Below are positions 1-9,645 of a DNA stretch of 64,000 nucleotides, in pieces. The notes under the pieces are model-generated. The model saw only the letters and a list, made by a program, of their open reading frames with translations. It was not told where the DNA came from and did no database searches. The stretch's first letter is position 1. The number at the start of each line of letters is the position of its first letter. Source of the DNA: Alphaproteobacteria bacterium (GTDB lineage: Bacteria; Pseudomonadota; Alphaproteobacteria; JAAXGF01); assembly GCA_963555825.3 (NCBI GenBank), contig CAUVXB020000001.1, forward strand, positions 512,001-576,000. Reading direction: 5' to 3'. The position numbers and the translations under genes are program-made.

Positions 1-2
1 CG

Positions 3-1484
3 GGCCACGTCAACTGCTCGGACAACTTCAGCGCGGCGCTGGCGCCATACGAGATCGCGCCGCGCAAGGGCTGGATGGCAATCAACTTCTTCTACAACAC
101 GGTGGTTGATCCGGCGACCAACCGCATCTCCTTCGACGAGCCGTGGTCGCGTCCCGGCGATTACGTGCTGATGCGCGCGCTCACCGATTTGGTGTGCATC
201 TCGTCGGCATGCCCGTGCGACATCGACAATGCCAACGCGTGGAACCCGACCGACATCCACGTCCGGGTCTATCCGGAAAAGAACGTCTTCTCCAAAGCGA
301 TTGCATACAGAATGACCACAGATGCCGAACCTCAACTGACGCGCGAGACCGCGTTCCATGCGCGGACCTCGGAGCTCACGCGAAATTTCGTCGAATACAA
401 CGGCTACTGGCTGGCGAAGAGCTACACCAACCACGGCGCCGTCGCCGAGTACCACGCCTGCCGTGAAGGCGCGGTGGTCATGGACCTCTCTGCGCTGCGC
501 AAGTTCGAGGTGCACGGCCCCGACGCCGAGCAGCTCCTACAGCACACGCTGACGCGCAACGTGCTGAAGATCGCCGACGGCCAGGTCTCCTATTCGGCGA
601 TGGTCAACGAGACCGGCGGCATGCTCGACGACGGCACGCTGTTCCGCCTCGGCCACGACAACTTCCGCTGGATCGGCGGCTCGGACTACGGCGGCATCTG
701 GCTGCGTGAGCAGGCGGAAAAGCTGAGCCTCAAGGTGTGGGTCAGGAATTCGACCGACCAGCTTCACAACCTCGCGGTCCAGGGGCCGAAGAGCCGCGAC
801 ATTCTCAAAAACGTCGTCTGGACGCCGCCGGCCCAGCCGTCGGTCGAGAAGCTCGGCTGGTTCCGCTTCGCGATCGGCCGAATCGGCGACCACAACGGCA
901 CTCCGATCGTCGTATCTCGGACCGGCTATACCGGCGAGCTGGGTTTCGAGATCTGGTGCCATCCCAAGGACGGCCCCGATGTGTGGGACGCGGTCTGGCA
1001 GGCGGGCGAGCCGCACGGCCTGATGCCGATGGGCCTCGACGCGCTCGACATGCTACGCATCGAATCCGGGCTGATTTTCGCCGGCTACGAGTTCGACGAC
1101 CAGACTGACCCGTTCGAGGCCGGCATCGGCTTCGCCGTGGCGTTGAAGGCCAAGGCCAACGATGATTTCGTCGGCAAGGAGGCGCTGATGCGCCGCAAGG
1201 AGCACCCGAGCCGCGTACTCGTCGGCCTCGAACTCGAGGGCAACGAGGCGGCGGCCAACGGTGATTGCGTCCACGTCGGGCGCAGCCAGATCGGCACCGT
1301 AACCTCAGGCATGCGCTCGCCGATCCTGCGCAAGAACATCGCTCTCTGCCGCATCGCGGTAGAGCACGCCACGCTCGGCACCGCGGTCGAAGTCGGTAAA
1401 CTCGACGGCCACCAAAAACGCATTCCCGCCACCGTCGTCCGCTTCCCCTTCTACGATCCCGAGAAATCGCGCGTCCGCGCTTGA
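3..1484 (+). CDS. tdm: DUF1989 + GcvT-type aminomethyltransferase, TMAO demethylase (Tdm)-like; 5' end lies outside the window
   Basis: Frame is open from position 3 (GHVNCSDNF...). It has a DUF1989-type Cys motif (ISSACPCDIDNANAWNPTDIHVR) followed by GCV_T motifs (TAFHART, SRTGYTGELGFEI, LRIESG, PFYDPEK). Confidence 0.75.
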   Translation, partial: GHVNCSDNFSAALAPYEIAPRKGWMAINFFYNTVVDPATNRISFDEPWSRPGDYVLMRALTDLVCISSACPCDIDNANAWNPTDIHVRVYPEKNVFSKAIAYRMTTDAEPQLTRETAFHARTSELTRNFVEYNGYWLAKSYTNHGAVAEYHACREGAVVMDLSALRKFEVHGPDAEQLLQHTLTRNVLKIADGQVSYSAMVNETGGMLDDGTLFRLGHDNFRWIGGSDYGGIWLREQAEKLSLKVWVRNSTDQLHNLAVQGPKSRDILKNVVWTPPAQPSVEKLGWFRFAIGRIGDHNGTPIVVSRTGYTGELGFEIWCHPKDGPDVWDAVWQAGEPHGLMPMGLDALDMLRIESGLIFAGYEFDDQTDPFEAGIGFAVALKAKANDDFVGKEALMRRKEHPSRVLVGLELEGNEAAANGDCVHVGRSQIGTVTSGMRSPILRKNIALCRIAVEHATLGTAVEVGKLDGHQKRIPATVVRFPFYDPEKSRVRA

Positions 1485-1583
1485 GCCGACGGGTGACCCG
1501 CGCCGTGGCGATCCGGGCCAAGCACGCCGAGGAATGCGCGTTCAGGTCAACTCTATCACCGACCTCGAATGCCATTTTCGCGC

Positions 1584-1751
1584 TCACGTTTCCGCGATCA
1601 ACCGCGCGTCATTGGCGGGGTTCTTGAGTGGTGAGGTGTCGTAGGCGCTGTTGCCGATCACCAGCGCCACGCGCGGCTCGGGCGTCGTTGCGGCCAGCAC
1701 AGGCCCGACGAAAGCTAGGAGTAGGATCGTGGCGAAAACGTAACGGCGCAT
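1584..1751 (-). pseudogene. N-terminal fragment of a secreted caspase-like (peptidase C14) protein
   Basis: Hand translation gives MRRYVFATILLLAFVGPVLAATTPEPRVALVIGNSAYDTSPLKNPANDARLIAET*: a signal peptide plus the RVALVIGNSAY/LKNPANDA motif, then an early stop. Confidence 0.75.
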
Positions 1752-1778
1752 TGGGTGCTCCCTAGGCCGGAGAGTTTA

Positions 1779-2156
1779 TACCAACGGCACTAATTATTGA
1801 CCTGAAATCGCCCAATCTCTCATTCCGATGGACATGATCGTCTCGGGCTGGTCGATTAGTTTGTTCCAGGCTTGGCAACCGGCCTCGATGATGGCGTCGT
1901 AATCTTCGAAGACGCGGTTAGAGAGCCAATTCTGGCGGAGGTATTGCCAGATGTTCTCGACCGGGTTCAGCTCGGGCGAGCGCGATGGCAGCAGGATGAT
2001 GGTGAGGTTCTTGGGGACCTTGAGCTGGTCGGTGCTGTGCCACCCGGCGCGGTCCATCAGGACGACGCCATGGGCCTTGGCGGCGACGTTGCAGCTGATC
2101 TCGTCGAGATGCATCTGCATGGCGGCTGTGTTGGCGAAGGGGAGCATGAGAGCGGC
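1779..2156 (-). mobile_element. IS630-family element, 3' remnant (DDE C-terminal part, 1794..2156)
   Basis: Motifs VLMDRAGWH and LPSRSPELNPVENIWQYLR. The element ends at TA near 1779, and the 5' part is replaced by the next element. Confidence 0.85.
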
Positions 2157-3465
2157 TGTCATTCCTGAAAACCCCATCTGGCACAGGTTTCCGCCCCGTC
2201 GGCGCGTTCGAGACCACCGCCGAGGAAGAGATCGACGGTCAATGAGCGCGCGTGCCGGGCAGATGGGGGTTTCGCCGATTTGAGCTGGCCGGCGCAACGC
2301 CCCGCATGGGATTGGCCCGTGGACGCCCAGTGGGCGCCGGCGTTCATAGCAGAAGGATAGGTTCGGATCAGGCCGCCAGCCGTGCGTAACGGTGATGGAG
2401 CCCGCCGACCTGGGGGAACGCGACGATCTTCCCGGCACCGACGGGCTGGACCGGTCGCCCGTCGGGTGCGTCCTTTCCCAGCGACAAGTGCGTACGAGAC
2501 CGGTGGTAGTACGCGAGGTACGACGCGAGGATCCGCCGAAGGTGCCACTCGTTGAGGACGATCACGTGGTCCAAGCACTCTCGCCTGATGGACCCGATCA
2601 CCCTTTCCGCAAACGGATTCTGCCAAGGCGACCGTGGGGCGATTACGACCTCCTCGATGCCCATGGCTAAAACGCGAGCACGAAACACGCCACCGTATAC
2701 GCTATCGCGATCCCGGATCACGTAGCGTGGTGCCGTGTCCCACGGGAAGGCTTCGCGGATCTGCTGTGCCACCCACGCCGCGGTCGGGTTTGCCGTCACG
2801 GCGAAATGCACGATCCGCCGGCGCTCATGATGGAGCACGACGAAGGCGAAGAGGAGACTGAACGTCGCCGTCGGCACTACGAAGAAGTCGATCGATGCGA
2901 GACAGCCCACATGGTTCCGGAGAAAAGTCCGCCAGGTTTGCGAGGGTGGCTTCCGATGGCGTTCCATGTACTTGGACACCGTGGCCTCCGACACCTCGAT
3001 CCCCAGTTTCTTGAGTTCGCCGTGGATCCGGGGAGCGCCCCAGAGCGGGTTCTGCCGGCTCATCCGTCGAATAAGGTCGCGAACCTCGCGCGGAACCGGT
3101 GCCCGCCCTCCTCTCCGCCGCGACTTCCAGGCCCAGAACAAGCGGAATCCCTTGCGGTGCCAGGTGATTACCGTCTCGGGCCTCACGATCACAAGCGTGG
3201 CCCGCCAAGCCGGCCAAAGCCGAGAGAGCAACACCCAGAACAGACGATCCACCGAATGGAGCGACGGTCGCGACGAGCTTCGCTTCATCGTGGCGAGTTG
3301 CTGGCGCAACGCAAGGACTTCCAACTGGAGCGCTACGCGGCTGCGGAGGGTGTCACGGAGAGTGGCCAGGATGAGAAAAGTTGTCGTTCGCATACCGGAG
3401 AAGCTATCCGGCGTTCAGCGGAAATACCAAGGATTCTGTGCGGTACGAGGTTTTCAGGAGGGACA
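2157..3465 (-). mobile_element. IS481/IS3-like single-ORF element with TGT...ACA terminal inverted repeats
   Basis: Left end TGTCATTCCTGAAAACCCC; right end (reverse complement) TGTCCCTCCTGAAAACCTC. No matching target duplication. Confidence 0.8.
2368..3393 (-). CDS. integrase-core (rve) DDE transposase
   Basis: WGAPRIHGEL, IDFFVVPT, IRDRDS, PWQNPFAERVIGSIRRECLD. Confidence 0.9.
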   Translation of the reverse strand: MRTTTFLILATLRDTLRSRVALQLEVLALRQQLATMKRSSSRPSLHSVDRLFWVLLSRLWPAWRATLVIVRPETVITWHRKGFRLFWAWKSRRRGGRAPVPREVRDLIRRMSRQNPLWGAPRIHGELKKLGIEVSEATVSKYMERHRKPPSQTWRTFLRNHVGCLASIDFFVVPTATFSLLFAFVVLHHERRRIVHFAVTANPTAAWVAQQIREAFPWDTAPRYVIRDRDSVYGGVFRARVLAMGIEEVVIAPRSPWQNPFAERVIGSIRRECLDHVIVLNEWHLRRILASYLAYYHRSRTHLSLGKDAPDGRPVQPVGAGKIVAFPQVGGLHHRYARLAA

Positions 3466-4461
3466 GCCGTCGTCGAGCGCCTTCAAGACCAACCGTGAGT
3501 GGTAGCCCTTATCGGTCACACATTCGGCCGGATCTTCGGCCGTCGGCGCCACATCCACCGCCTCGAGGTTTGCCTCGGCCGCCGCCAGGGTCTTGGGAAG
3601 CGTTGTCGTATCGCCCTCGTCGGCCGGGTGCAGCTCCGCCGCCACCACCGCGCCGGTGTCCAGATCCACCGCGTGCTCGGGCTTGTAGGCCAGGTGCGTG
3701 GTGCCGTCCTTCATCTTGGCGATCTTGGCCTCGGGGTCGCTCCTGGAAACCCAGTCCTGGTTCGAGAGCTTCTTGCCCTTGCGCTTGCGGTCCAGACGCG
3801 CCAGGTCCTCAGCCGTGGGTGTCTCGATACCGCTCTCCTGGGCCAAGCGCTCCAGCATCCCCCGGTAACCCTCGCCCGTGTCCCTCCGCACGATGTTGCG
3901 CAGCGCCGCGTTGGCCTCCATGGTCGAGGCATCCACCCCGATGCGCTCGCCCTTCACCAGACCCGCCTCGGCGATCAGCGCCAGGACCCAGTCAAACACC
4001 GCCGTGTGGACTTCATGGGGCAGGCGCGCGCGGGTCCGTGACAGCCAGGAATGGTCCGGCACCCGTTCCCGCCTCTCCAACAGCAGGAACTCCCGTAGCG
4101 ACAGGGAATCCGAGCACCGCCACTCCAGCCCACGCTCAGAGTCGATACCCTCGAAGTAGCCCACCAGGTGCATACGGAAGTAGCGCCCGGGTGGCACCGA
4201 AGGCGCCCCCATCCTGGCCGCGTAATAGGGCTGGCAGACCGCCTCGGCGAAGCCGTCGAAGCCGCCCTCGATCAGTACCAACTGCAGGCGGTCGTAAAAT
4301 ACATGACCTGGCGAGCGCGGCATCTCCGACCAGCTCACCATCAAGTCCCCCTGACGATCCTTCTGCTGTCCCATCGCCATCAGCGAACCCCCCTTCAGGC
4401 CAGGACACCAGAGAATCAGACCATGCCGACTTCGTCCAGGGAAGACTTCGTCAACGGGCTG
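3466..4461 (-). mobile_element. IS1182/IS5-like element, 3'-truncated isoform of 17342..18802 (transposase 4380->3466)
   Basis: The protein closely matches 17374..18720 up to ...KALDDG. Terminal GTCAACGGGCTG is followed by TTAA (4462-4465). Confidence 0.9.
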
Positions 4462-4832
4462 TTAACGGGGGGCCGGGATCCAGATTGATCCTGTCGATTT
4501 CCAGAGCCGCAACCTTGAATAATGGATTTGCAGGATTGTTCGATTGTGGTGGTTGTCTTTGCATCTCGACTGCGGTCCTACAGACAGGTTCCAGCCCAAT
4601 AACCTCAAGTTGCCTAGACCGAGATTCCGCGGATGACGATATGCGGTCGCCGGTAGCGTAGCAAATATGGCGGTTGAAGGCGAATCCGGTCCTGATCCGG
4701 CAGTCTGCATAGCGATCACCCTCTTTGTCGAGCCGATTGGGCGATCAAAAGCCCTGACAGTGACCTTTTCGCGCTGTGAGAGCGTACCCCGGCGCACGCC
4801 GCACACACCCGTCCTGTCGAGCAATTTGGATG

Positions 4833-5249
4833 CTACTGGATCGGCGATCCAGGCGGGACCGTCTCCGAGGTTCGAGTTAGGCGACCGTCGCGTGACGTAG
4901 TCCGGCCCGGCGGCCTTCTCCCGGCATCGGCGAACAAGCTCAGGGCGAACCAGTCCTTGAAGCGGGCGATGTCCTTGCGCGTGCCCTCGAACGCCAAGCG
5001 CTCGGCGCGCGAGGCGGCGCGGATCGTGTCGTGGCCGAGCCGTATTTCGGCCAGCACGCGGACCGGCGCCGAGACGTAAAGGTCGACGTCGAAGCCCGGG
5101 TCGCGCATGCACAAGTCGGCCTCGCCGCGGTCGAAGACCAGCCAGTAGCAGCGCTTGATGGCCGGCACGCCCTGGGACTTGAACCACTTGGTTAGGCACC
5201 GCGCACCGCTATGTGGCGGCCAAACTCGCGGCGGGCTACCTGTCCTCAC
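4833..5249 (-). pseudogene. C-terminal fragment of an HxlR-type regulator (SCP2-like tail), HTH missing
   Basis: YWLVFDRGEADLCMRDPGFDVDLYV...RFKDWFALSLFA resembles the C-terminal extension of HxlR proteins. Confidence 0.6.
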
Positions 5250-5250
5250 G

Positions 5251-6528
5251 TCACTTGCTCGCCAGGAAGGTCTCGGCCGGGCGTTCGTGGCCCGAGGGCA
5301 GGGGGGCTGAGGGATTGGCGATCCAGGCGGCGACGTCGCCGAGCACGACGGCCGCGTCGAGATCGCGCAGCAGCATGTGATAGCCGGCCGGATAAATCGC
5401 CACGCGGTGCGGCGCGGCGAGCCGCTTGAGCATCGCGTAGGTCGGTTCCTTGGGCACCAGGTCGTCGTGCTCGCCGTAGAGCACCAGCGTCGGCACGGCC
5501 GTGATCCGCGGCGCCGCGTCGAAGGCGGCGTCCATCAGGTTGACCAGGCCGTAGATCGCGTCGATGCGCGTGTGCTTGATGGTCGCCGGATCCTTGGCCA
5601 GCGCGATCAGCATCTCGCGGTTGTCCGATGGCCTGATGCCGAGGCCGCGGCCGGTCACCGTCTTCCACGGCACGGTATGGGCGCTGAGCCACAGACCGGC
5701 GCGATAGAACGGGTTCATCGACTGCCAGCCCCAGACGGCGGGCGCGACCAGCACCATGCCGTCGATCTCGGGTGGATCGGCGCCCGCCATCAGCACCATC
5801 GCCGCGGCGCCGCCCATGCTTTCGCCGACGATATAGAGCGGCACGCCGGGGTGCGCCGTCCGCGCCAAATCGAGCGCTGTGCGCAGATCATCGACCATCG
5901 TCTCGATGCCCGGCCACAGGCCGTGGTGCGCGGTCTCGCCGAAGCCCCTCTGGTCGTAGGCATACGTCGTGATGCCGTCGGCCGCCCAGGCTTCAGCCGG
6001 TACCACGAAGGCGTTCGAGTAGTCGTTGAAGCCGTGCAGCGCGACGACCACGGCGCGTGGCTTGCCGTCGGCCGTCCACAGCCTGAGCGGCAGGCGCGCG
6101 CCGTCGGCGGCACGCAGGTGATCGGCCGCCAGCACCGGCGCCATGATGGCGGGTCCGGCCGCCTCGATGCGTGGCGCGCAGGCGCCGAGCGCCAGCAGAG
6201 TGGCGGCGATTACTACCAAGGAGCAGTGATAAAGACCCATAGAGACGGCTTGCCGTGGTTCTCGGCTAGGCGCGCCCGTCGCGGCGATGCAGCGCATCGC
6301 GAGACGGGCGCAACGACGACCGAGAGCCTCGGCAAGCCGCCCTTCGGGTCGCGTCCGCTTATCGCCGGAGGGCGTCAGGAAGCCTAGCCGATGCGCTGCA
6401 TCGCCCGCGGCTCCCTTCCTACCCGGCGAAAAGCGGACGCGATCTCTATGGATCTTTATCACTGCTCCTTGGTAGACAGCCCTCGCCCAAGCGGCGCGGC
6501 GCGTGTTGGCTGCGATTCGGATCGACAT
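5251..6528 (-). CDS. alpha/beta hydrolase (lysophospholipase-like) lipoprotein with an in-frame MITE in its signal peptide; alternative start at 6240
   Basis: Motifs HGFNDYS, YDQRGFG, GESMGG nucleophile and GYHML; lipobox LGAC. Confidence 0.85.
   Translation of the reverse strand: MSIRIAANTRRAAWARAVYQGAVIKIHRDRVRFSPGRKGAAGDAAHRLGFLTPSGDKRTRPEGRLAEALGRRCARLAMRCIAATGAPSREPRQAVSMGLYHCSLVVIAATLLALGACAPRIEAAGPAIMAPVLAADHLRAADGARLPLRLWTADGKPRAVVVALHGFNDYSNAFVVPAEAWAADGITTYAYDQRGFGETAHHGLWPGIETMVDDLRTALDLARTAHPGVPLYIVGESMGGAAAMVLMAGADPPEIDGMVLVAPAVWGWQSMNPFYRAGLWLSAHTVPWKTVTGRGLGIRPSDNREMLIALAKDPATIKHTRIDAIYGLVNLMDAAFDAAPRITAVPTLVLYGEHDDLVPKEPTYAMLKRLAAPHRVAIYPAGYHMLLRDLDAAVVLGDVAAWIANPSAPLPSGHERPAETFLASK
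6214..6474. mobile_element. MITE-like palindromic element 1 (261 bp including terminal TA at both ends)
   Basis: About 32-bp terminal inverted repeat TACCAAGGAGCAGTGATAAAGA(C/T)CCATAGAGA with internal hairpins and no transposase. Confidence 0.85.
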
Positions 6529-6578
6529 GGCGGCGCGAGTATGGGGCACGGCCATGCGGGTGTCACTCGCCCTCGATG

Positions 6579-6863
6579 CCCTCGCCAGGAGCCTATCCGA
6601 GAATTTTGAACAGCCTGCACCGTCTTTTCAAGGTCTTGGGCAAGGATGGCGTCGCGTCGTGATGCTGTGAGCATCACGAGCGGCGGCAGACGCTGTCCCA
6701 AGGCCTTGAAAAGGCGGCCCTTCGGGTCGACCTGAGACGCGCGATTGCGGCGTCGCGGCGGCTCGACGATGCCCAGGCATCGCCTGCGCCACCGCTCCTA
6801 GCACTCGCACGTCTCAGGTCGATGCAGGCCATTCAGGATTCTCGGATAGGCTCCTGGCGAGGG
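6579..6863. mobile_element. MITE-like palindromic element 2
   Basis: About 40-bp imperfect terminal inverted repeat CCCTCGCCAGGAGCCTATCCGAGAAT..TGAA..GCCTGCA, with internal hairpins. Confidence 0.8.
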
Positions 6864-6917
6864 AGCTTGTCCGTGGTCCTTGCGGGCCCCATATCTGGGG
6901 TCTATGGTGCCCGCCCC

Positions 6918-7745
6918 GTGACACAACATTCCCTTCCTTCGACCGCCTTTGCGGTGACGCCGCGCCAGCGGCCTGTCGAGCGCGCCAACTGGTACGGCGC
7001 ATGGACGCTGTTCCGCAAGGAGCTCCGGCGCGTCCTCAAGATGCCGGGCTTCACGGTGTTCGCGCCGATCGTCACGGCGGTGTTGTATCTCGCCGTGTTC
7101 ACGATCGCCTTCGGCGGCGATGTGCGCGGCGCCGGCGGCACGGCGCTCGCCGACTTCATGGCCCCTGGACTGGTCATGATGGCGATCGTCAACGCCGCAT
7201 TCCTCAACACCTCGGCCAGCGTGCTCGAAGGCAAGATGAACGGCACGATCGCCGATCTTCTCATGCCGCCGCTGAGCCCGCTCGAGGTCGTGCTCGGCCT
7301 CGTCGCCGGCGGCGCCTTCACCGGATGTCTGGTCGGCCTGGGGCTCGTCGTCGTCATGCAACCCTTCGTGCCGCTCACGCCCGAACAGCCGGTCCATGCC
7401 CTTCTGTTCGCCGTTGCCGCGTCGTCGGCGATGGCGATGGCGGGGCTGATCACCGGGCTGTGGGCGCGGACATGGGACCATCTGGCGGCGGTCGCGAGCT
7501 TCACGGTGATGCCGCTCGCCTTTCTCTCGGGCGCGTTCTATTCGATCGAGCGGCTGCCCGCCGCTTGGCAGGTGGCGAGCCAGTTCAACCCCATCTTCTA
7601 TATGGTCGACGGCTTCCGCTACGGCTTCATTGGATTCGTCGACGGCTCGCTGGCGCTCGGCTTCGGTGTCTTGACGGCGCTCAACCTCGGCCTCGGGCTG
7701 GTCTGCTATCGACTGGTCGCCACCGGCTACAACATGAAGCAATGA
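6918..7745 (+). CDS. ABC-2 type permease (YadH-like), paralog 1
   Basis: NWYGAWTLFRKE, FMAPGLVMM, FLSGAFYSI, NPIFYMVDGFRYGF. The GTG start was chosen downstream of MITE 2. Confidence 0.85.
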   Translation: MTQHSLPSTAFAVTPRQRPVERANWYGAWTLFRKELRRVLKMPGFTVFAPIVTAVLYLAVFTIAFGGDVRGAGGTALADFMAPGLVMMAIVNAAFLNTSASVLEGKMNGTIADLLMPPLSPLEVVLGLVAGGAFTGCLVGLGLVVVMQPFVPLTPEQPVHALLFAVAASSAMAMAGLITGLWARTWDHLAAVASFTVMPLAFLSGAFYSIERLPAAWQVASQFNPIFYMVDGFRYGFIGFVDGSLALGFGVLTALNLGLGLVCYRLVATGYNMKQ

Positions 7746-8614
7746 GCGCGCCGATGGTCGCCGAAACTCATACCGCCGGTGCCACCGCCGCCGAGCCAAT
7801 CGATACGATGCTCGACCGGCCGCTGGTCTGCCACCGCTTCGAGAGCGGTGAGATCAATTGGTACGGCGCCTGGACGCTCTACCTCAAGGAGGTCTTGCGC
7901 TTCCTCAAGGTGCCGACGCAGACGGTGTTTGCGCCGATGGTGACGGCGCTGCTGATGCTGACCATCTTCTCGCTGGCGCTCGGCCGCGCGCTGCGCGAAA
8001 TGGGCGGTGTGCCGTTCCTCGAGTTCCTGGCGCCCGGCCTGATCATGATGGCGATGATCCAGAGCGCCTTCTCGCATACCTCGTCGAGCCTGGTGATCGC
8101 CAAGATCCAGGGCAATATCGTCGATCTGTTGATGACGCCGCTGGCGCCCAGCGAATTCGGCCTCGCCATCGTCGCCGGCGGTATGACGCGGGCGCTGATT
8201 GCCGGCACGGCGCTGTGCCTCGCCATGCAGTTCTTCGTCGACGCCGTGCCGCAGCATCCGGCGGCGGTGCTGTTCTTCGCCCTCACGGGGGCGTCCTCGA
8301 TGGCGCTGTTGGGCCTGATGGGCGGCATCTGGGCCGAAAAGTTCGACCACATGTCGGCGGCGACCAACTTCGTCATCACGCCGCTCGCCTTCCTCTCGGG
8401 CACGTTCTATTCGGTCGATCGTCTACCCGGCGTCTGGCACACGATCAGTCAGATCAATCCGATCTTCTATATGATCGACGGCTTCCGTTACGGCTTCACA
8501 GGCAACGCCGACGGTTCGCTCGCGATTGGCGTGACCGTCATGATCGTCGTCAACGCGGGCCTCTGGCTCGGTTGCCACCGCATGCTGGCGACCGGCTACA
8601 AGCTCAAACCCTGA
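7742..8614 (+). CDS. ABC-2 type permease (YadH-like), paralog 2
   Basis: ATGA overlap with the previous gene; same motif set (NPIFYMIDGFRYGF, TGYKLK). Confidence 0.88.
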   Translation: MSAPMVAETHTAGATAAEPIDTMLDRPLVCHRFESGEINWYGAWTLYLKEVLRFLKVPTQTVFAPMVTALLMLTIFSLALGRALREMGGVPFLEFLAPGLIMMAMIQSAFSHTSSSLVIAKIQGNIVDLLMTPLAPSEFGLAIVAGGMTRALIAGTALCLAMQFFVDAVPQHPAAVLFFALTGASSMALLGLMGGIWAEKFDHMSAATNFVITPLAFLSGTFYSVDRLPGVWHTISQINPIFYMIDGFRYGFTGNADGSLAIGVTVMIVVNAGLWLGCHRMLATGYKLKP

Positions 8615-8642
8615 TCCTTGGTATAAACCCTCGAGGCGCGTC

Positions 8643-9644
8643 ATGCAGCTCTCCCGATTTCCGCGTGTCCGGCTCGCCCATCTGCCGACGCCGCTCGAAC
8701 CGCTCGCCGCGCTGACCAAGCATCTCGGCGGCCCGCGCATCTATGTCAAACGCGACGACTGCACGGGCCTCGCGCTGGGCGGCAACAAGACGCGCAAGCT
8801 CGAGTTCCTGATGGCCGATGTCTTGGCCGAGGGCGCCGACACGGTGATCACCTGCGGCGGCGCGCAGTCGAACCACGTGCGCCAGACCGCGGCCGCGGCG
8901 GCCAAGCTGGGTCTCAAATGTGCGCTCATCCAGCAGCAGGCGGACCCATGGGACGAGCCGGGCTTCACCGAGACCGGCAACATGCTGCTCGACCGCCTGC
9001 TCGGCGCCTCGTCGCATCCGGTGGCGACCGAGAACGACCGGGCGGCCGGCATGGAAGCGCTGGCCGAGGAACTGCGCGGCCAGGGCGCCAAGCCCTATGT
9101 CATTCCGGGCGGCGGATCGAACGCGCTCGGCGGGCTCGGCTATGTCGGCTGTGCACTCGAGATCATCGAACAGGCCAACGCGATGGACATCGCCGTCGAT
9201 GCCATTGTGCTGGCGACCGGCGGCGGCGGCACCCAGGGCGGGCTGGTTGCCGGGCTGGTCGGCGCCAACAGCGGCATCCGGGCGATCGGCATTGACATCG
9301 ACGCCGAGGGCGACGCGGTCGCCGACCGGGTCCACGCGGTCGCGCAAGGCAGCGCCGAGCTGCTCGGCATTCGGGGCGGCGTGCCGCGCGACGACATCGT
9401 CGTCGAGTACGGCTACGCGGGCGAGGCCTATGGCGTGCCGACCCCCGGGATGGTCGAGGCGGTCAAGCTGCTGGCGCGCATCGAGGGGCTGATCCTCGAC
9501 CCGTCATACACCGGCAAGGCGATGGCCGGGCTGATCGATCTGGTGGCCAAGGGGCGTTTCACGAAATCCGACACGGTGGTCTTCATCCACACCGGCGGTA
9601 TGCCGGCGTTGTTCGCCTACCGCTCGGTCTTCGACGAGAGTTAG
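8643..9644 (+). CDS. PLP-dependent D-cysteine desulfhydrase / L-cysteate sulfo-lyase / ACC deaminase family enzyme
   Basis: YVKRDDCTGLALGGNKTRKLEF, QSNH, GGGGTQGG, LDPSYTGK, HTGG. Confidence 0.9.
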   Translation: MQLSRFPRVRLAHLPTPLEPLAALTKHLGGPRIYVKRDDCTGLALGGNKTRKLEFLMADVLAEGADTVITCGGAQSNHVRQTAAAAAKLGLKCALIQQQADPWDEPGFTETGNMLLDRLLGASSHPVATENDRAAGMEALAEELRGQGAKPYVIPGGGSNALGGLGYVGCALEIIEQANAMDIAVDAIVLATGGGGTQGGLVAGLVGANSGIRAIGIDIDAEGDAVADRVHAVAQGSAELLGIRGGVPRDDIVVEYGYAGEAYGVPTPGMVEAVKLLARIEGLILDPSYTGKAMAGLIDLVAKGRFTKSDTVVFIHTGGMPALFAYRSVFDES

Positions 9645-9645
9645 C

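Noticed and set aside
7001-8614. Apparent N-terminal extensions or fusions in the ORF track (7001..8614, 22334..23707, 55710..57503, 57626..59395, 14003..15667)
   Set aside because: The extensions are alternative frames of upstream genes or products of frameshifts and IS junctions; better starts with RBS or coupling exist.
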